DNA of 64,000 nt, taken from positions 161 to 64,160 of the forward strand of contig JBBRPE010000004.1 in NCBI GenBank assembly GCA_038228545.1. Direction: 5' to 3'. The DNA is from Minisyncoccia bacterium (GTDB lineage: Bacteria > Patescibacteriota > Minisyncoccia > Phycocordibacterales > Phycocordibacteraceae). The translations under genes were made by a program, and so were the position numbers. The notes beneath the pieces are model-generated. The model saw only the letters and a program-made list of their open reading frames with translations. It was not told the origin of the DNA and searched no databases. Of this stretch, positions 39,517-49,267 are shown one piece after another (the stretch's first letter is position 1; every line of letters begins with the position of its first letter).

Positions 39517-39954
39517 ATGCAAATCAAAGAACTCGGACATGTCGTGCTGTATGTGACGAACCTTGAACGCTCGGCAGACTTCTATAAGAAAACGCTCGGT
39601 TTCAATGAAATAACGCGTGGGCAGGGTATGGCCATGTTTTCTTCCGGGCGTACGCATCATGAGCTCCTGCTCATTGAGATAGGCGGGCAGACGAAAGAAA
39701 AACGCATGCCTGAACCCGGTCTCTACCATATTGGCTTTAAGATAGGTGATTCTACAGAGGACTTGCGGAAAGCACGAACGGAACTTGATGTGGCGGGCGT
39801 ACAGATTGTCGGTATGGCAGATCATGGTGTGACGCATTCACTCTATATTCTCGACCCGGATGGTAATGAGCTCGAACTCTACGCAGATGTGGACGACCAT
39901 TGGAAAGAAGACCCAATGGCAGTAGTGCGTCCGACACGCCCACTCTCTTTGTAA
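39517..39954 (+). CDS. VOC/glyoxalase family protein (CatE-like)
   Basis: LGHVVLYV; HHELLL; GLYHIGF; DHGVTHSLY..DPDGNELELY. Confidence 0.9.
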   Translation: MQIKELGHVVLYVTNLERSADFYKKTLGFNEITRGQGMAMFSSGRTHHELLLIEIGGQTKEKRMPEPGLYHIGFKIGDSTEDLRKARTELDVAGVQIVGMADHGVTHSLYILDPDGNELELYADVDDHWKEDPMAVVRPTRPLSL

Positions 39955-39958
39955 TTCC

Positions 39959-40615
39959 ATGCAACGCTACGCATTCGGTCTGTCATTGGTTTTCGGAGCT
40001 GCTTTTCTAGCTGTCGTTGCATTCATGCAATTCGACCCGGATGATTTCGTCATGGTAGATGCTCTTGCTAAAGTATTTGTCACTCCACTCCAGACATTCG
40101 GCTGGGTGCAGTTTTTCATCGTTATAACGACGCTCGGAAGCACGGTGGGTGTTCTCGCTATTGCAGCGCTGACCATTTTTCTTATTCGTAGAGAATACAA
40201 TGTGGTCCTCCGTCTCGTGATAGCTCTGGCAGGCTCGAGCGCAATGGCACAAGTCGTGAAGTCATTCATCGGACGCATACGTCCAGATGCTCTACCGTGG
40301 ATTGGAAGTCTTCACTCCTTCTCATTTCCGAGCGGACACTCCACAAGCGCCGCGGCGCTGTTTGGCTTCATTGCGGTCATCTGTGCGAGCCGTCTTCCGA
40401 AACCCTATGAGCGCATACTCGCAGTCGGGTTGTGTGGACTTCTCATTCTTGGCATTGGGGCAAGTCGCATTGTGCTGGCTGCCCATTATTTTTCGGACGT
40501 TATAGCGGGCTTTCTACTCGGAGCTTTGTGGGTGGCACTAGCGTTCTCGCTTCCACTTGGGCGCTGGAATGTATTCAAACTACTAACAACCAGTACGGGA
40601 AAGTCGGGCGTGTAG
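39959..40615 (+). CDS. PAP2 family phosphatase
   Basis: K....R.RP; SFPSGH; SRIVLAAHY.SDV. Confidence 0.92.
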   Translation: MQRYAFGLSLVFGAAFLAVVAFMQFDPDDFVMVDALAKVFVTPLQTFGWVQFFIVITTLGSTVGVLAIAALTIFLIRREYNVVLRLVIALAGSSAMAQVVKSFIGRIRPDALPWIGSLHSFSFPSGHSTSAAALFGFIAVICASRLPKPYERILAVGLCGLLILGIGASRIVLAAHYFSDVIAGFLLGALWVALAFSLPLGRWNVFKLLTTSTGKSGV

Positions 40616-40629
40616 GGTAGACTACCTAC

Positions 40630-41064
40630 ATGAATCTAAAATCTATCAACTGGGATCATGTGACTCGTTACTCGCAACTCATTGCGATAGTACTTTTTGT
40701 TGGTGTGTTCGTTCTCGGGTTTTATTTGGGTAAAGCGTATGAGTACAAGGCCTTTACGAACGCACTGAATGGGCATACGATGCCCGCCGCTACGCTTCCG
40801 ACCAAGCCGCAGGCTGACGTTACATACACGTGTGATGCCGACAAATATGTGCGTGCGGTCTATCGGCCGAGTGAAGTAAATCTATTTCTGTCTGACGGCC
40901 GTACCCTCTCGGTACCGCAGACTGTTTCCGGTTCTGGTGCTCGCTATGCAAATAAGGACGAGACATTCGTATTCTGGAACAAGGGTACAACGGCATTCAT
41001 TACCGAAGGGAAGGAGGGAGCGATCACTTTTGGCAATTGCGCTCAGAAGCCAATTCCCGAGTAA
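40630..41064 (+). CDS. MliC/PliC-family lysozyme inhibitor domain protein
   Basis: YTC; SGSGARY; FWNKG; terminal Cys. Confidence 0.88.
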   Translation: MNLKSINWDHVTRYSQLIAIVLFVGVFVLGFYLGKAYEYKAFTNALNGHTMPAATLPTKPQADVTYTCDADKYVRAVYRPSEVNLFLSDGRTLSVPQTVSGSGARYANKDETFVFWNKGTTAFITEGKEGAITFGNCAQKPIPE

Positions 41065-41156
41065 CTACCTTTTGTATATAGTTCTCCCTGTCATCTCATA
41101 CGGCGTGCATGGCGACCGAACGATGGCACTAAACCTGTAAATGCTAGAATTCAGGT

Positions 41157-41969
41157 ATGAAGCGCCACCGCATCAACTACTATTCGCACCGGGGTCGGCG
41201 TGCACATCCGTCGTCGGTCATCTTTCACCTTGGCACGCTCATCCTGCCGATAGGACTTGTATTTCTTGCCGGATTCGCTGCATTCGGTTTTGTCATTGCT
41301 CCTGCAGACATCGCGGCGGACGCTACGCGTCTTGCGGGTGCGCTCGGCCTCTCACTCCTCCGTCTCTTTGGCGCGTATGTACTGGCGCTTATCATCGGTA
41401 TACCACTCGGACTTCTCGCAGAATCAAATAAGCATGTGGAGTCCGCACTGCTTCCGGTGTTCGATGTACTTGAATCCATGCCGGTACTCGCGTTCTTTCC
41501 GGTTATTATTCTTTTCTTTCTCCGTTCCGGGTGGCTTGAGGGAGCTGCGCTATTCATTATCTTTTTCTCGATGGTGTGGAATATTGCATTCAGTACTGTC
41601 GGCGGTTTAAAAGTTATTCCGCAAGATGTGAAAGCGATAGGGAAGGTGTTTGGTTTCACTCCGCTGGGTAGACTCTTTAAAATTACCCTTCCTGCACTCT
41701 TTCCACCACTGGTGACTGGCTCAATTCTGTCGCTTGCCGACGGTTGGAATGTGCTTATTGTGGCGGAAGCGCTGCATGCGTACGCTCCAGTAAATTCGGG
41801 TACGGGAGATCTCTTCGGCATTGGCAGCATTCTCGTGAATGCCTCAACGACCGGGAATACTACTGAGCTCCTGACTGCCATGGGACTGCTGGTGGTCGTT
41901 ATTGCTGTAATTAATTTGTTTGTGTGGCAGCCTCTTCTCGCGAAAGCGGAGCAGTTCAAATTCGAATGA
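41157..41969 (+). CDS. ABC transporter permease (NitT/TauT family)
   Basis: DVLESMPVLAFFP; EAA-like loop; LIVAE. Confidence 0.85.
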   Translation: MKRHRINYYSHRGRRAHPSSVIFHLGTLILPIGLVFLAGFAAFGFVIAPADIAADATRLAGALGLSLLRLFGAYVLALIIGIPLGLLAESNKHVESALLPVFDVLESMPVLAFFPVIILFFLRSGWLEGAALFIIFFSMVWNIAFSTVGGLKVIPQDVKAIGKVFGFTPLGRLFKITLPALFPPLVTGSILSLADGWNVLIVAEALHAYAPVNSGTGDLFGIGSILVNASTTGNTTELLTAMGLLVVVIAVINLFVWQPLLAKAEQFKFE

Positions 41970-41970
41970 T

Positions 41971-42693
41971 ATGACTCCTGAAAAACCGATTCTTGAATTC
42001 AACAATGTGAAGTTCTCCTACGAACCGAATCTACCGGAAGTAATTCACAATCTCACGTTCTCTCTTCCTGCCGGCTCGATTACGGTTATTGTCGGTGCTT
42101 CCGGCTCGGGTAAATCCACGGTCCTTCGCCTTGCCATCGGACTTGATACTGCCACGTCCGGTACCGTAACACGCACCGCTCGTACCCGAATGATTTTCCA
42201 GTCAGGAGCGCTTCTGCCGTGGGCGACCGCAGTCGAAAATGTCTGTGTCGGTTTTACGGGCGAGCATATTGCTGAACCAGAACAGAAGAAGCGCGCGCTC
42301 GCTGCACTCAAGGAGCTTGGCATCGATCATCTCGCAAACGCATATCCTCGAGCGCTTTCCGGTGGTCAGCGCCAGCGCGTCGGTATTGCACGCGCACTTG
42401 TATCGGAGCCTGAACTCCTGCTTCTTGATGAGCCGTTCTCAGCACTTGATGTACAAACTGCCGATACGCTATCGCAGGAGCTGCTCAATATACATGCAAA
42501 ACGCACTAAGACGATGTTCATGGTTTCGCACAGCATTGAGGATGCTGTCGTACTTGCTGATACTATTCTGGTCTTCCGAGACGGCGTGATAGCTCACACG
42601 GTGGAGGTAGAGCTTCCGCGGCCACGTAAACGCGACGATGTTCACGTGCTCGCTCTGGTAACTAAAATCAAAGCACTTTTACCTGGTGAGTAG
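41971..42693 (+). CDS. ABC transporter ATPase (NitT/TauT family)
   Basis: GASGSGKS; LLPWAT; LSGGQRQR; LLDEPFSALD. Confidence 0.92.
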   Translation: MTPEKPILEFNNVKFSYEPNLPEVIHNLTFSLPAGSITVIVGASGSGKSTVLRLAIGLDTATSGTVTRTARTRMIFQSGALLPWATAVENVCVGFTGEHIAEPEQKKRALAALKELGIDHLANAYPRALSGGQRQRVGIARALVSEPELLLLDEPFSALDVQTADTLSQELLNIHAKRTKTMFMVSHSIEDAVVLADTILVFRDGVIAHTVEVELPRPRKRDDVHVLALVTKIKALLPGE

Positions 42694-42799
42694 GATACAT
42701 TTCGCTATCCACACGCGGTACAGACTCTGATTTTCCCACTTCATACGGGGCTATACTAAGGGGGTACGGTCCTTGGACCCTTAATCATTATGTACATCT

Positions 42800-43249
42800 A
42801 TGGCTAAAAAGCTTGCGATTGTGTTCGGTATCGTCTTTGTTCTCGTCGGCATTCTAGGATTCATTCCGAATCCAGTCGTTGGCGCGGGAGCAATCTTCGA
42901 CACGAACCACATTCATGACCTCGTGCACTTCGTGTTCGGCCTCATCCTTCTTGCGGTTGCCTTCATGGCGCCTCGCATGTCGGCTCTCTGGCTCAAGATT
43001 CTCGGTGTTGTGTACCTCTTGATTGCCGTCCTTGGCTTCCTCTTGGTACCGAATGGCGGTGACCTTCTCGGTCTCGTCACCACCAACATGGCTGACCATC
43101 TTCTCCATGTTGTGCTTGGTATTGTGCTGCTCGTTGCGGGCTTTGTCTGCAAGGATAAGATGCCGATGGCGGCAGCTATGCCTGCAGCAGCTCCGGCTCC
43201 GGCACCTAGCATGCCTCCCTCGACCCCTCCTTCGGGCGGAACGATGTAA
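42800..43249 (+). CDS. DUF4383 membrane protein
   Basis: VGILGFIP; N..HD.VH; N.ADH.LH. Confidence 0.85.
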   Translation: MAKKLAIVFGIVFVLVGILGFIPNPVVGAGAIFDTNHIHDLVHFVFGLILLAVAFMAPRMSALWLKILGVVYLLIAVLGFLLVPNGGDLLGLVTTNMADHLLHVVLGIVLLVAGFVCKDKMPMAAAMPAAAPAPAPSMPPSTPPSGGTM

Positions 43250-43259
43250 GCGGACACAA

Positions 43260-43307
43260 CAGTGCAAAGCACAACAGCCTCTCTGGAGGCTGTTGTGCTT
43301 TGCACTG
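43260..43307. terminator. 22-bp perfect hairpin between convergent genes
   Basis: CAGTGCAAAGCACAACAGCCTC-tctg-GAGGCTGTTGTGCTTTGCACTG. Confidence 0.75.
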
Positions 43308-43364
43308 AAACAACAAACCACCAGAGCCGGGTAATGGCGTTGGTGGTTGGGTGGGTAGGGAAAA

Positions 43365-43586
43365 TCATGGACCGATTTGTCGGGCTTGCGGAAGAGGGAA
43401 GGGTGGTTCAGCGGGTCGATGAAGCGCGGCTGTCTGGGCAGCGTAACTTGAAGCGACTTGGGCTGATACTTCGGCTCCTTTCAAGAACGAGACGGTCGTA
43501 GATATTCCTTGTGATAGAACAGTAGGCGCGAGTAATTTGAGAACGATAATCAGTACCCCGATTCCTATGGCGTTTGAAAGTGTCAT
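43365..43586 (-). CDS. Small hypothetical membrane protein
   Basis: MTLSNAIGIGVLIIVLKLL..; 73 aa. Confidence 0.6.
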   Translation of the reverse strand: MTLSNAIGIGVLIIVLKLLAPTVLSQGISTTVSFLKGAEVSAQVASSYAAQTAALHRPAEPPFPLPQARQIGP

Positions 43587-43750
43587 AGACGAGCGGTTAT
43601 GTGGTAAGTCATTACAAAGGTAATGACGAGACAGCAAATGCGTCTCCAGATGTTCGTTTCAAGGTCCCAGCGCCCTCTACTGTTTCTAACTACGGCGTGT
43701 GTACGTAGGTTGCAGAACGGACCCGGGCTTGTAGCCCGAGCCCGTTTCTC

Positions 43751-43870
43751 CTACATGTGGTGGAATACCCCGTGAAGAAGTGCGTAAACACCTCCCCATA
43801 GCACAGTGCCGACGATTGCAAGGAATACCAGCACGCGTCGTATGGACCACTTCTTCTGGGACTGTTGCAT
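43751..43870 (-). CDS. 39-aa single-TM small protein (not in ORF track)
   Basis: MQQSQKKWSIRRVLVFLAIVGTVLWGGVYALLHGVFHHM*; AGGAGG 8 nt upstream; hairpin after the stop. Confidence 0.6.
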   Translation of the reverse strand: MQQSQKKWSIRRVLVFLAIVGTVLWGGVYALLHGVFHHM

Positions 43871-43931
43871 GTACGTATCCTCCTACTCGCTGATAGGGAT
43901 ACTACACGTGCAGGAGAATTGAGGCAACGCT

Positions 43932-44480
43932 TTAGTTCGTGGGATGCTCGGCGAGCAAATCAGCAAAGTCCTTCTGCACATGCTGAAGCTTCGGTGCGAT
44001 TATTACCTGGCAGTAGCCCTGACTCTTGTTATTCGCGTAGTAATTCTTGTGGTAGTCCTCGGCTGGGTAGAAGGTAGCGCCTTCCTCTACTGAGGTTACG
44101 ATAGGATCGCCGCCTGTTGCAGAGGCGTCGAGCTCAGCTATGAATGCCTTCGCTTCGGCACTCTGCTCAGGCGTGGTTGGAAAAATAGCAGAGCGGTATT
44201 GGGTACCGACATCGTTTCCTTGGCGGTTCAGTGTCGTTGCATCGTGTGAGCCGAAGAATACCGTCATAAGCTGACGATAGGTTATCTGCGACGGGTCATA
44301 CTCAACGCGAATAACCTCTGCGTGACCGGTAGTTCCGTCGCACACCTGGCTATAGGTTGGATTAATCACCGTGCCACCTGCGTAGCCGGGCGCAACACTC
44401 AAGACACCCTTTAACATGGTAAATACGGCTTCTGTGCACCAGAAGCAGCCACCTCCAAACATCGCGATTTGTGTAGACAT
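43932..44480 (-). CDS. msrA: Peptide-methionine (S)-S-oxide reductase
   Basis: GGGCFWC; GHAE; GTQYRS; AEDYH..Y. Confidence 0.95.
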   Translation of the reverse strand: MSTQIAMFGGGCFWCTEAVFTMLKGVLSVAPGYAGGTVINPTYSQVCDGTTGHAEVIRVEYDPSQITYRQLMTVFFGSHDATTLNRQGNDVGTQYRSAIFPTTPEQSAEAKAFIAELDASATGGDPIVTSVEEGATFYPAEDYHKNYYANNKSQGYCQVIIAPKLQHVQKDFADLLAEHPTN

Positions 44481-44535
44481 AGGAAAAATTGATTACTGAT
44501 TTATACTACTCCCATATTGTTAAGTTGTACCCTAC

Positions 44536-45054
44536 ATGAAAACCACTCTCTACTCCGTTACGGTTCCCATTTTCAAGAAGCATCTGAATGCACTTTCGCT
44601 TCTTCTGGATAAGGCAGAAGTATTTACAGCTGGTGACGAAGAGAAGCTTACACACCTCCTCACCGATAGGTTGTATGAGGACATGTTTCCCTTTGGGAAG
44701 CAGGTAGAAATCGCTTGTGATAACGCTAAGGGCTGCACTGCGCGTCTTTCAGGCAAGGAAGCTCCTTCGTTCGCAGACGGCGACTATGCATACGCTACCC
44801 TCAAAGAGCGCGTCAAGAATACTATCGCGTTTCTTGAAACAGTATCCGAAGTGGATTTTGCAAACGCTGAAGACATTGATGTGGTGCTCAAATACTTCCC
44901 GGATATGCCAATGAAAGGTTTCGGCTATGCACTGGAGTACGCGCTCCCAAACTTCTACTTTCACCTCACGACCGCGTACGGAATTCTCCGTAAGAACGGT
45001 GTGCCGATAGGAAAGACCGACTTCATCACGTCGTTACCGGTCGAAAACGACTAA
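44536..45054 (+). CDS. DUF1993 family protein
   Basis: DMFP...QV; LPNFYFHLTTAY.ILR.NGVP.GK.DF. Confidence 0.9.
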   Translation: MKTTLYSVTVPIFKKHLNALSLLLDKAEVFTAGDEEKLTHLLTDRLYEDMFPFGKQVEIACDNAKGCTARLSGKEAPSFADGDYAYATLKERVKNTIAFLETVSEVDFANAEDIDVVLKYFPDMPMKGFGYALEYALPNFYFHLTTAYGILRKNGVPIGKTDFITSLPVEND

Positions 45055-45203
45055 CCGTTTTCCTCGTTTTCAAGATCTCGTGCCCGACGAGCGGTCTCTT
45101 CTGCTTCGCGTTCCTGGTCTGCGGCAACTCGCAATTCCTCTGCTTCTCTGGCGGAGCGGTCTTCGACGTCACGAGCTTCGTTCTCCAAATCTTCTGGTGC
45201 CAT
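45051..45203 (-). CDS. Small Glu/Arg/Ala-rich coiled-coil protein
   Basis: 50-aa ORF MAPEDLENEAR... downstream of msrB. Confidence 0.55.
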   Translation of the reverse strand: MAPEDLENEARDVEDRSAREAEELRVAADQEREAEETARRARDLENEENG

Positions 45204-45283
45204 AGATGAAAAGTTATTGGTAGCCGCACATGCGGTACTGCTGAGTACACCACAGTAATACTGAAGGAATGATGAGGCTCGGA

Positions 45284-45697
45284 TTACTTTTTTGTTCCAG
45301 ACTCGTCTTCGAACGCTAGACACACAGAGTTAATGCAGTAGCGCTTGCCACCCTTGTCCTCAGGTCCGTCGTCGAATACATGTCCGAGGTGACTGTTGCA
45401 GTGTTTACAGAACACCTCGGTGCGGTGCATGCCGTGCGCACTGTCGTCGCGCGTACCTACGTTCTCAGCTACTGCCGGGTCGGTGAATGACGGCCAACCG
45501 CTCTTCGAATCAAACTTCTGCTCACTGGTAAAGAGAACGTTATTACATACTTTGCATCGATAGACGCCTGGCTCGTGGTTGTCCACGTACTTTCCCTTAA
45601 ATGGCGCCTCGGTGCCGCCATTGCGGAGCACGTCGTACTCTTCAGGTGTTAACATCTTTTGCATCTCTTCTTCAGTTGGCATTGGTTTCTGTTCCAT
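45284..45697 (-). CDS. msrB: Peptide-methionine (R)-S-oxide reductase
   Basis: GTE..F; GWPSF; HLGHVF.DGP; RYCINS. Confidence 0.95.
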   Translation of the reverse strand: MEQKPMPTEEEMQKMLTPEEYDVLRNGGTEAPFKGKYVDNHEPGVYRCKVCNNVLFTSEQKFDSKSGWPSFTDPAVAENVGTRDDSAHGMHRTEVFCKHCNSHLGHVFDDGPEDKGGKRYCINSVCLAFEDESGTKK

Positions 45698-45759
45698 ATG
45701 TAAAGTATACCATACATCAACAGTACCGTACGAATTTCTCACGTGGTAGGATTTGCAGA

Positions 45760-46233
45760 ATGAAACGACCGACGCTTGTGTCGCTACTTATAGCACTCGC
45801 TCTCCTGGGCCTTGCAGATGCATGGTATCTCGCCGATAGCGCCATGACCGGAGCACAGCTTACCTGCAATATAGCTGGTCTCGATGGCTGTAACATCGTT
45901 GCTCAGAGCCCGTACTCGCATGTATTTGGTATACCGCTTGGCGTGTACGGCGTTGTGTTCTACACGCTTTTCCTTGTGGTCTCCGTCTTCACCTTTTGGA
46001 GGCCGCTTCGCATCGTCGACGTGGCCATCGGTCTCCTTGCTAGCGTCGGGTTTGCTGCGTCAATCTACTTTGTGTACATCCAGGTCTTTCTTATTAAGGC
46101 GTTGTGTATCTACTGTCTTGGATCTGCCGCCATTTCGTTACTGATTTGGCTGTCAGTGGGATGGCTTATATACGGCCTTAAATCACAAATCGAGGCGCCC
46201 GTTCTGACTATGGTTCCTTCATCTTCCTCATAA
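45760..46233 (+). CDS. Vitamin K epoxide reductase (VKOR) family protein
   Basis: C....GC..V..SPYS; CIYC redox motif. Confidence 0.9.
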   Translation: MKRPTLVSLLIALALLGLADAWYLADSAMTGAQLTCNIAGLDGCNIVAQSPYSHVFGIPLGVYGVVFYTLFLVVSVFTFWRPLRIVDVAIGLLASVGFAASIYFVYIQVFLIKALCIYCLGSAAISLLIWLSVGWLIYGLKSQIEAPVLTMVPSSSS

Positions 46234-46259
46234 GCCCCTGCGTGCTAGTATTGGCCCAT

Positions 46260-47414
46260 ATGAAATGGCACACGGCCTTTATTGGCTTTCTTCTCCTAGC
46301 GCCGTTTGCAGCTTCAGCTTCTACGCTTCAGACAGCCCGTACTATCGTGCTTTCGGACGCGTCTACGACTAATGCGTACCTTGCTGGCACTGATATTACC
46401 GTTGTTGCTCCGCTTGCGGGTGATTTGCTTGCAGCAGGTGGCACGGTCACGTCGAATGCACCGGTGGCAGGAGACGCCATGCTCGCGGGTGGCACCGTCG
46501 ATATCGAGAAGTCTGTTGCAGGCGATGCACGCCTTATCGGTGGACAAGTGACGGTGAACGCTTCGGTCGCAGGTGACCTCATGATAGTGGGCGCTACGGT
46601 CACCGCTTCATCAAGTGCGCGTGATACCCGTATTGCAGGAGCGACCGTAAACCTAACTGGTTCGAATGGTCCGGTTATTATTTATGGCTCAGACGTGACG
46701 CTCTCCGGTGATTTTAAGGGCGACGTCACTGTCGAGGCCTCCAATTCAATTACGATTACGGACGGCACGCATATTCATGGTGCACTTAATTACAATGCAC
46801 CCCAGCAGATAACGCCCGCATCGACTGCCGTCATCGATGGGGGAGCAAGCTATATCGGTACGTCGTCGTTCCTACCGACCAAGAAAGAAGCACATACGTT
46901 TGCAATAGCGGGTGCAACAATTCTCTTTATAGTGCATCTGCTTGCTGTGCTGGTGCTTGCAGGACTGCTTGGCGGGCTGTTCCCTGTCTTCACCGAGCGC
47001 GTTGCGGAGCGCACGCTTGCAGACCGTTCGCCGGGCCGGTTCGTACTGCTCGCACTTCTCGGATTCGGTATTTTGGTCGCAGCTCCCGTGCTCATATTCA
47101 TATTGCTCGTTTCATTTGTCGGTATTGCAGTCGCTTTGGCTCTTGCCGCCCTCTACGCACTCTTCTTTATCCTTGCCTACATCTACGGTGGCGTCCTTGC
47201 GGGAGCTGCACTTGCTCGTACGCTCTTTAAGCGCTACGTCATTACGTGGAAGGAAGCCGTACTTGGCATGCTTGTTTTCTACCTCATAGGAATTATTCCT
47301 GTCGTAGGAGTATTTGTGAAATTTGTACTTATGATGACTGCCGGAGGAGCCATAGCTGCCCTAGCATTCAACTTCGCATTCCGTCGCGAGGAGCCTGAGC
47401 TCCCATTCGAATAA
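46260..47414 (+). CDS. Beta-helix (bactofilin-like repeat) protein with C-terminal TM bundle
   Basis: Repeated V.GD....GG.V units, then several TM helices. Confidence 0.78.
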   Translation: MKWHTAFIGFLLLAPFAASASTLQTARTIVLSDASTTNAYLAGTDITVVAPLAGDLLAAGGTVTSNAPVAGDAMLAGGTVDIEKSVAGDARLIGGQVTVNASVAGDLMIVGATVTASSSARDTRIAGATVNLTGSNGPVIIYGSDVTLSGDFKGDVTVEASNSITITDGTHIHGALNYNAPQQITPASTAVIDGGASYIGTSSFLPTKKEAHTFAIAGATILFIVHLLAVLVLAGLLGGLFPVFTERVAERTLADRSPGRFVLLALLGFGILVAAPVLIFILLVSFVGIAVALALAALYALFFILAYIYGGVLAGAALARTLFKRYVITWKEAVLGMLVFYLIGIIPVVGVFVKFVLMMTAGGAIAALAFNFAFRREEPELPFE

Positions 47415-47415
47415 T

Positions 47416-47886
47416 ATGGGCCTTCCTAAAGAAGGTGAGAGCGCTCCGGACTTCACTCTTGTCGATCAGGATTGTGCGTCACACACACTTTCGAAGCTGC
47501 ACGGAAAATGGGTGCTCATATATTTTTACCCAAAGGACGCTACTCCGGGTTGCACCGCTCAGGCATGTGCTATTCGTGACGCGGATGAAGACTTTAGCTC
47601 ACTCGGAGCAGTCGTACTTGGTATTTCCGTTGACTCGGTGAAGTCGCATAAGAAATTCGTTGAGAAATACGGTCTTACGTTTCCACTGCTTGCTGACGAA
47701 GATAAGAAAGTCGTGAAGGCATACGGTGTGTGGGGACTCAAGAAATTCATGGGTCGTGAGTATGAAGGTATCAGGCGTACTTCGTTCCTTATTGCGCCAG
47801 ACGGGAACATCGCAAAAGTCTATGAGAATGTAAAGGCAGCAACGCATGCGGACATGGTGCTCGCAGACCTCCGGACTCTCAAGTAA
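47416..47886 (+). CDS. bcp: Peroxiredoxin Q/BCP
   Basis: YFYPKDATPGCTAQAC. Confidence 0.95.
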   Translation: MGLPKEGESAPDFTLVDQDCASHTLSKLHGKWVLIYFYPKDATPGCTAQACAIRDADEDFSSLGAVVLGISVDSVKSHKKFVEKYGLTFPLLADEDKKVVKAYGVWGLKKFMGREYEGIRRTSFLIAPDGNIAKVYENVKAATHADMVLADLRTLK

Positions 47887-47889
47887 GTC

Positions 47890-48573
47890 ATGAGTCAGCT
47901 GCCCATGCTCGATTCAAAGTTTGACGAGCGGAAGCTGCGTCTTCAGAAAATTGTTGCCTACCTTAAGAAGGAATATCCGGTACCGAAAACGGAATTATAT
48001 TACAAGGAACCCTTCCAGCTACTTGCGAGCGTGATACTTTCCGCACAGTCTACCGACAAGCGCGTGAACATGGTTGCCCAAAGTCTTTGGGAAAAATACA
48101 ACACAATTGACGATTTGGCGGATGCGAGTGTCGCAACCTTCGCACATGAAATTTCCTCGATAACGTTCTACCAAAACAAGGCGAAGCACATCATAGCGAG
48201 CATGAATATGCTACGCAGTGAATTCGGCGGGGAAGTGCCGAAGACGGTAAGCGAGCTTATACGTTTGCCGGGCGTTGCCTATAAGACCGCAAACGTCGTC
48301 CTCGGCGAGCTGTATGAAATATGGGAAGGCATCCCAACAGATACGCATGTGCGTCGATTCGCTATTCGGTTTGACCTCGTGGATAGTACGGATTTGACCA
48401 AGATTTCAAAGGAGCTCGAAGCTCTGGTACCCAAGAAAGATTGGCGGTATGTAAATAACGGACTCGTTCTCTACGGCCGCTACGTATGTAATGCGATTCC
48501 GCACGACTGTCTCGCGCATCCACTTACTAAAATATGGCCGGAAGCGGCTATGCGCTGGCCAAAGTCCAAATAG
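47890..48573 (+). CDS. nth: Endonuclease III (incomplete Fe-S motif)
   Basis: LSAQSTD..VN; HhH LPGVAYKTANVV; DTHV. Confidence 0.9.
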   Translation: MSQLPMLDSKFDERKLRLQKIVAYLKKEYPVPKTELYYKEPFQLLASVILSAQSTDKRVNMVAQSLWEKYNTIDDLADASVATFAHEISSITFYQNKAKHIIASMNMLRSEFGGEVPKTVSELIRLPGVAYKTANVVLGELYEIWEGIPTDTHVRRFAIRFDLVDSTDLTKISKELEALVPKKDWRYVNNGLVLYGRYVCNAIPHDCLAHPLTKIWPEAAMRWPKSK

Positions 48574-48587
48574 CATATACTTGAGCC

Positions 48588-49223
48588 ATGGATAAAACTC
48601 GCGTATTAGCTCTCTCCGATGGCGTCTTCGCCATCGTTATGACACTCCTCATTTTCGACATAAAGATTCCGGCCTTTACGGACATGGTCACGGATGTACA
48701 GCTCTGGAATGCACTCGGCATCCTCTGGCCGCATTTCCTCGTTTTCGCTGGTACGTTCGCTGTGCTCTCGGTCATGTGGCTCAATCACCACTTTCTTTTT
48801 GATACTTTCGCAAAGGAGGTAGATCGTCCTCTGAATCTACTGAATCTGCTCTATCTCATGTTCATTGCGTTCGTCCCATTCTCAGCGTCCTTTATGGGAG
48901 AGTTCCATGCCCATCAGCCAGCGGTAGTACTCTACGGGCTGAATCTGCTGGCGGTTGCGTTCGTCTCTACCTTTATGACGGCCTATATAAAAAAGACGCA
49001 GGGTGTCGAGCATCTTTCCGACCGCCTCCTCAATCAATCTCGCTTCCGCTACACGCTTAACATTCTCTGCTACCTACTGGCACTTGCGGTGTCGTTCCTG
49101 AACGAATATGCAGCCCTCTTCTTCTACATTTTCCCGGTCTTCTTCAATATAATCCCCGGTACCCTCGACTTCACAGAGAAATTGTTCCGTTTTGACCTGG
49201 GCGAACGCGAGGCAGGAAAGTAA
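48588..49223 (+). CDS. TMEM175 family K+ channel
   Basis: R..ALSDGVFAIVMTLL; W..HH; PF motif. Confidence 0.88.
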   Translation: MDKTRVLALSDGVFAIVMTLLIFDIKIPAFTDMVTDVQLWNALGILWPHFLVFAGTFAVLSVMWLNHHFLFDTFAKEVDRPLNLLNLLYLMFIAFVPFSASFMGEFHAHQPAVVLYGLNLLAVAFVSTFMTAYIKKTQGVEHLSDRLLNQSRFRYTLNILCYLLALAVSFLNEYAALFFYIFPVFFNIIPGTLDFTEKLFRFDLGEREAGK

Positions 49224-49267
49224 TCCACAAGTGGACTTGACCCTTCGTAGGGGAGGCGTACACTCAT

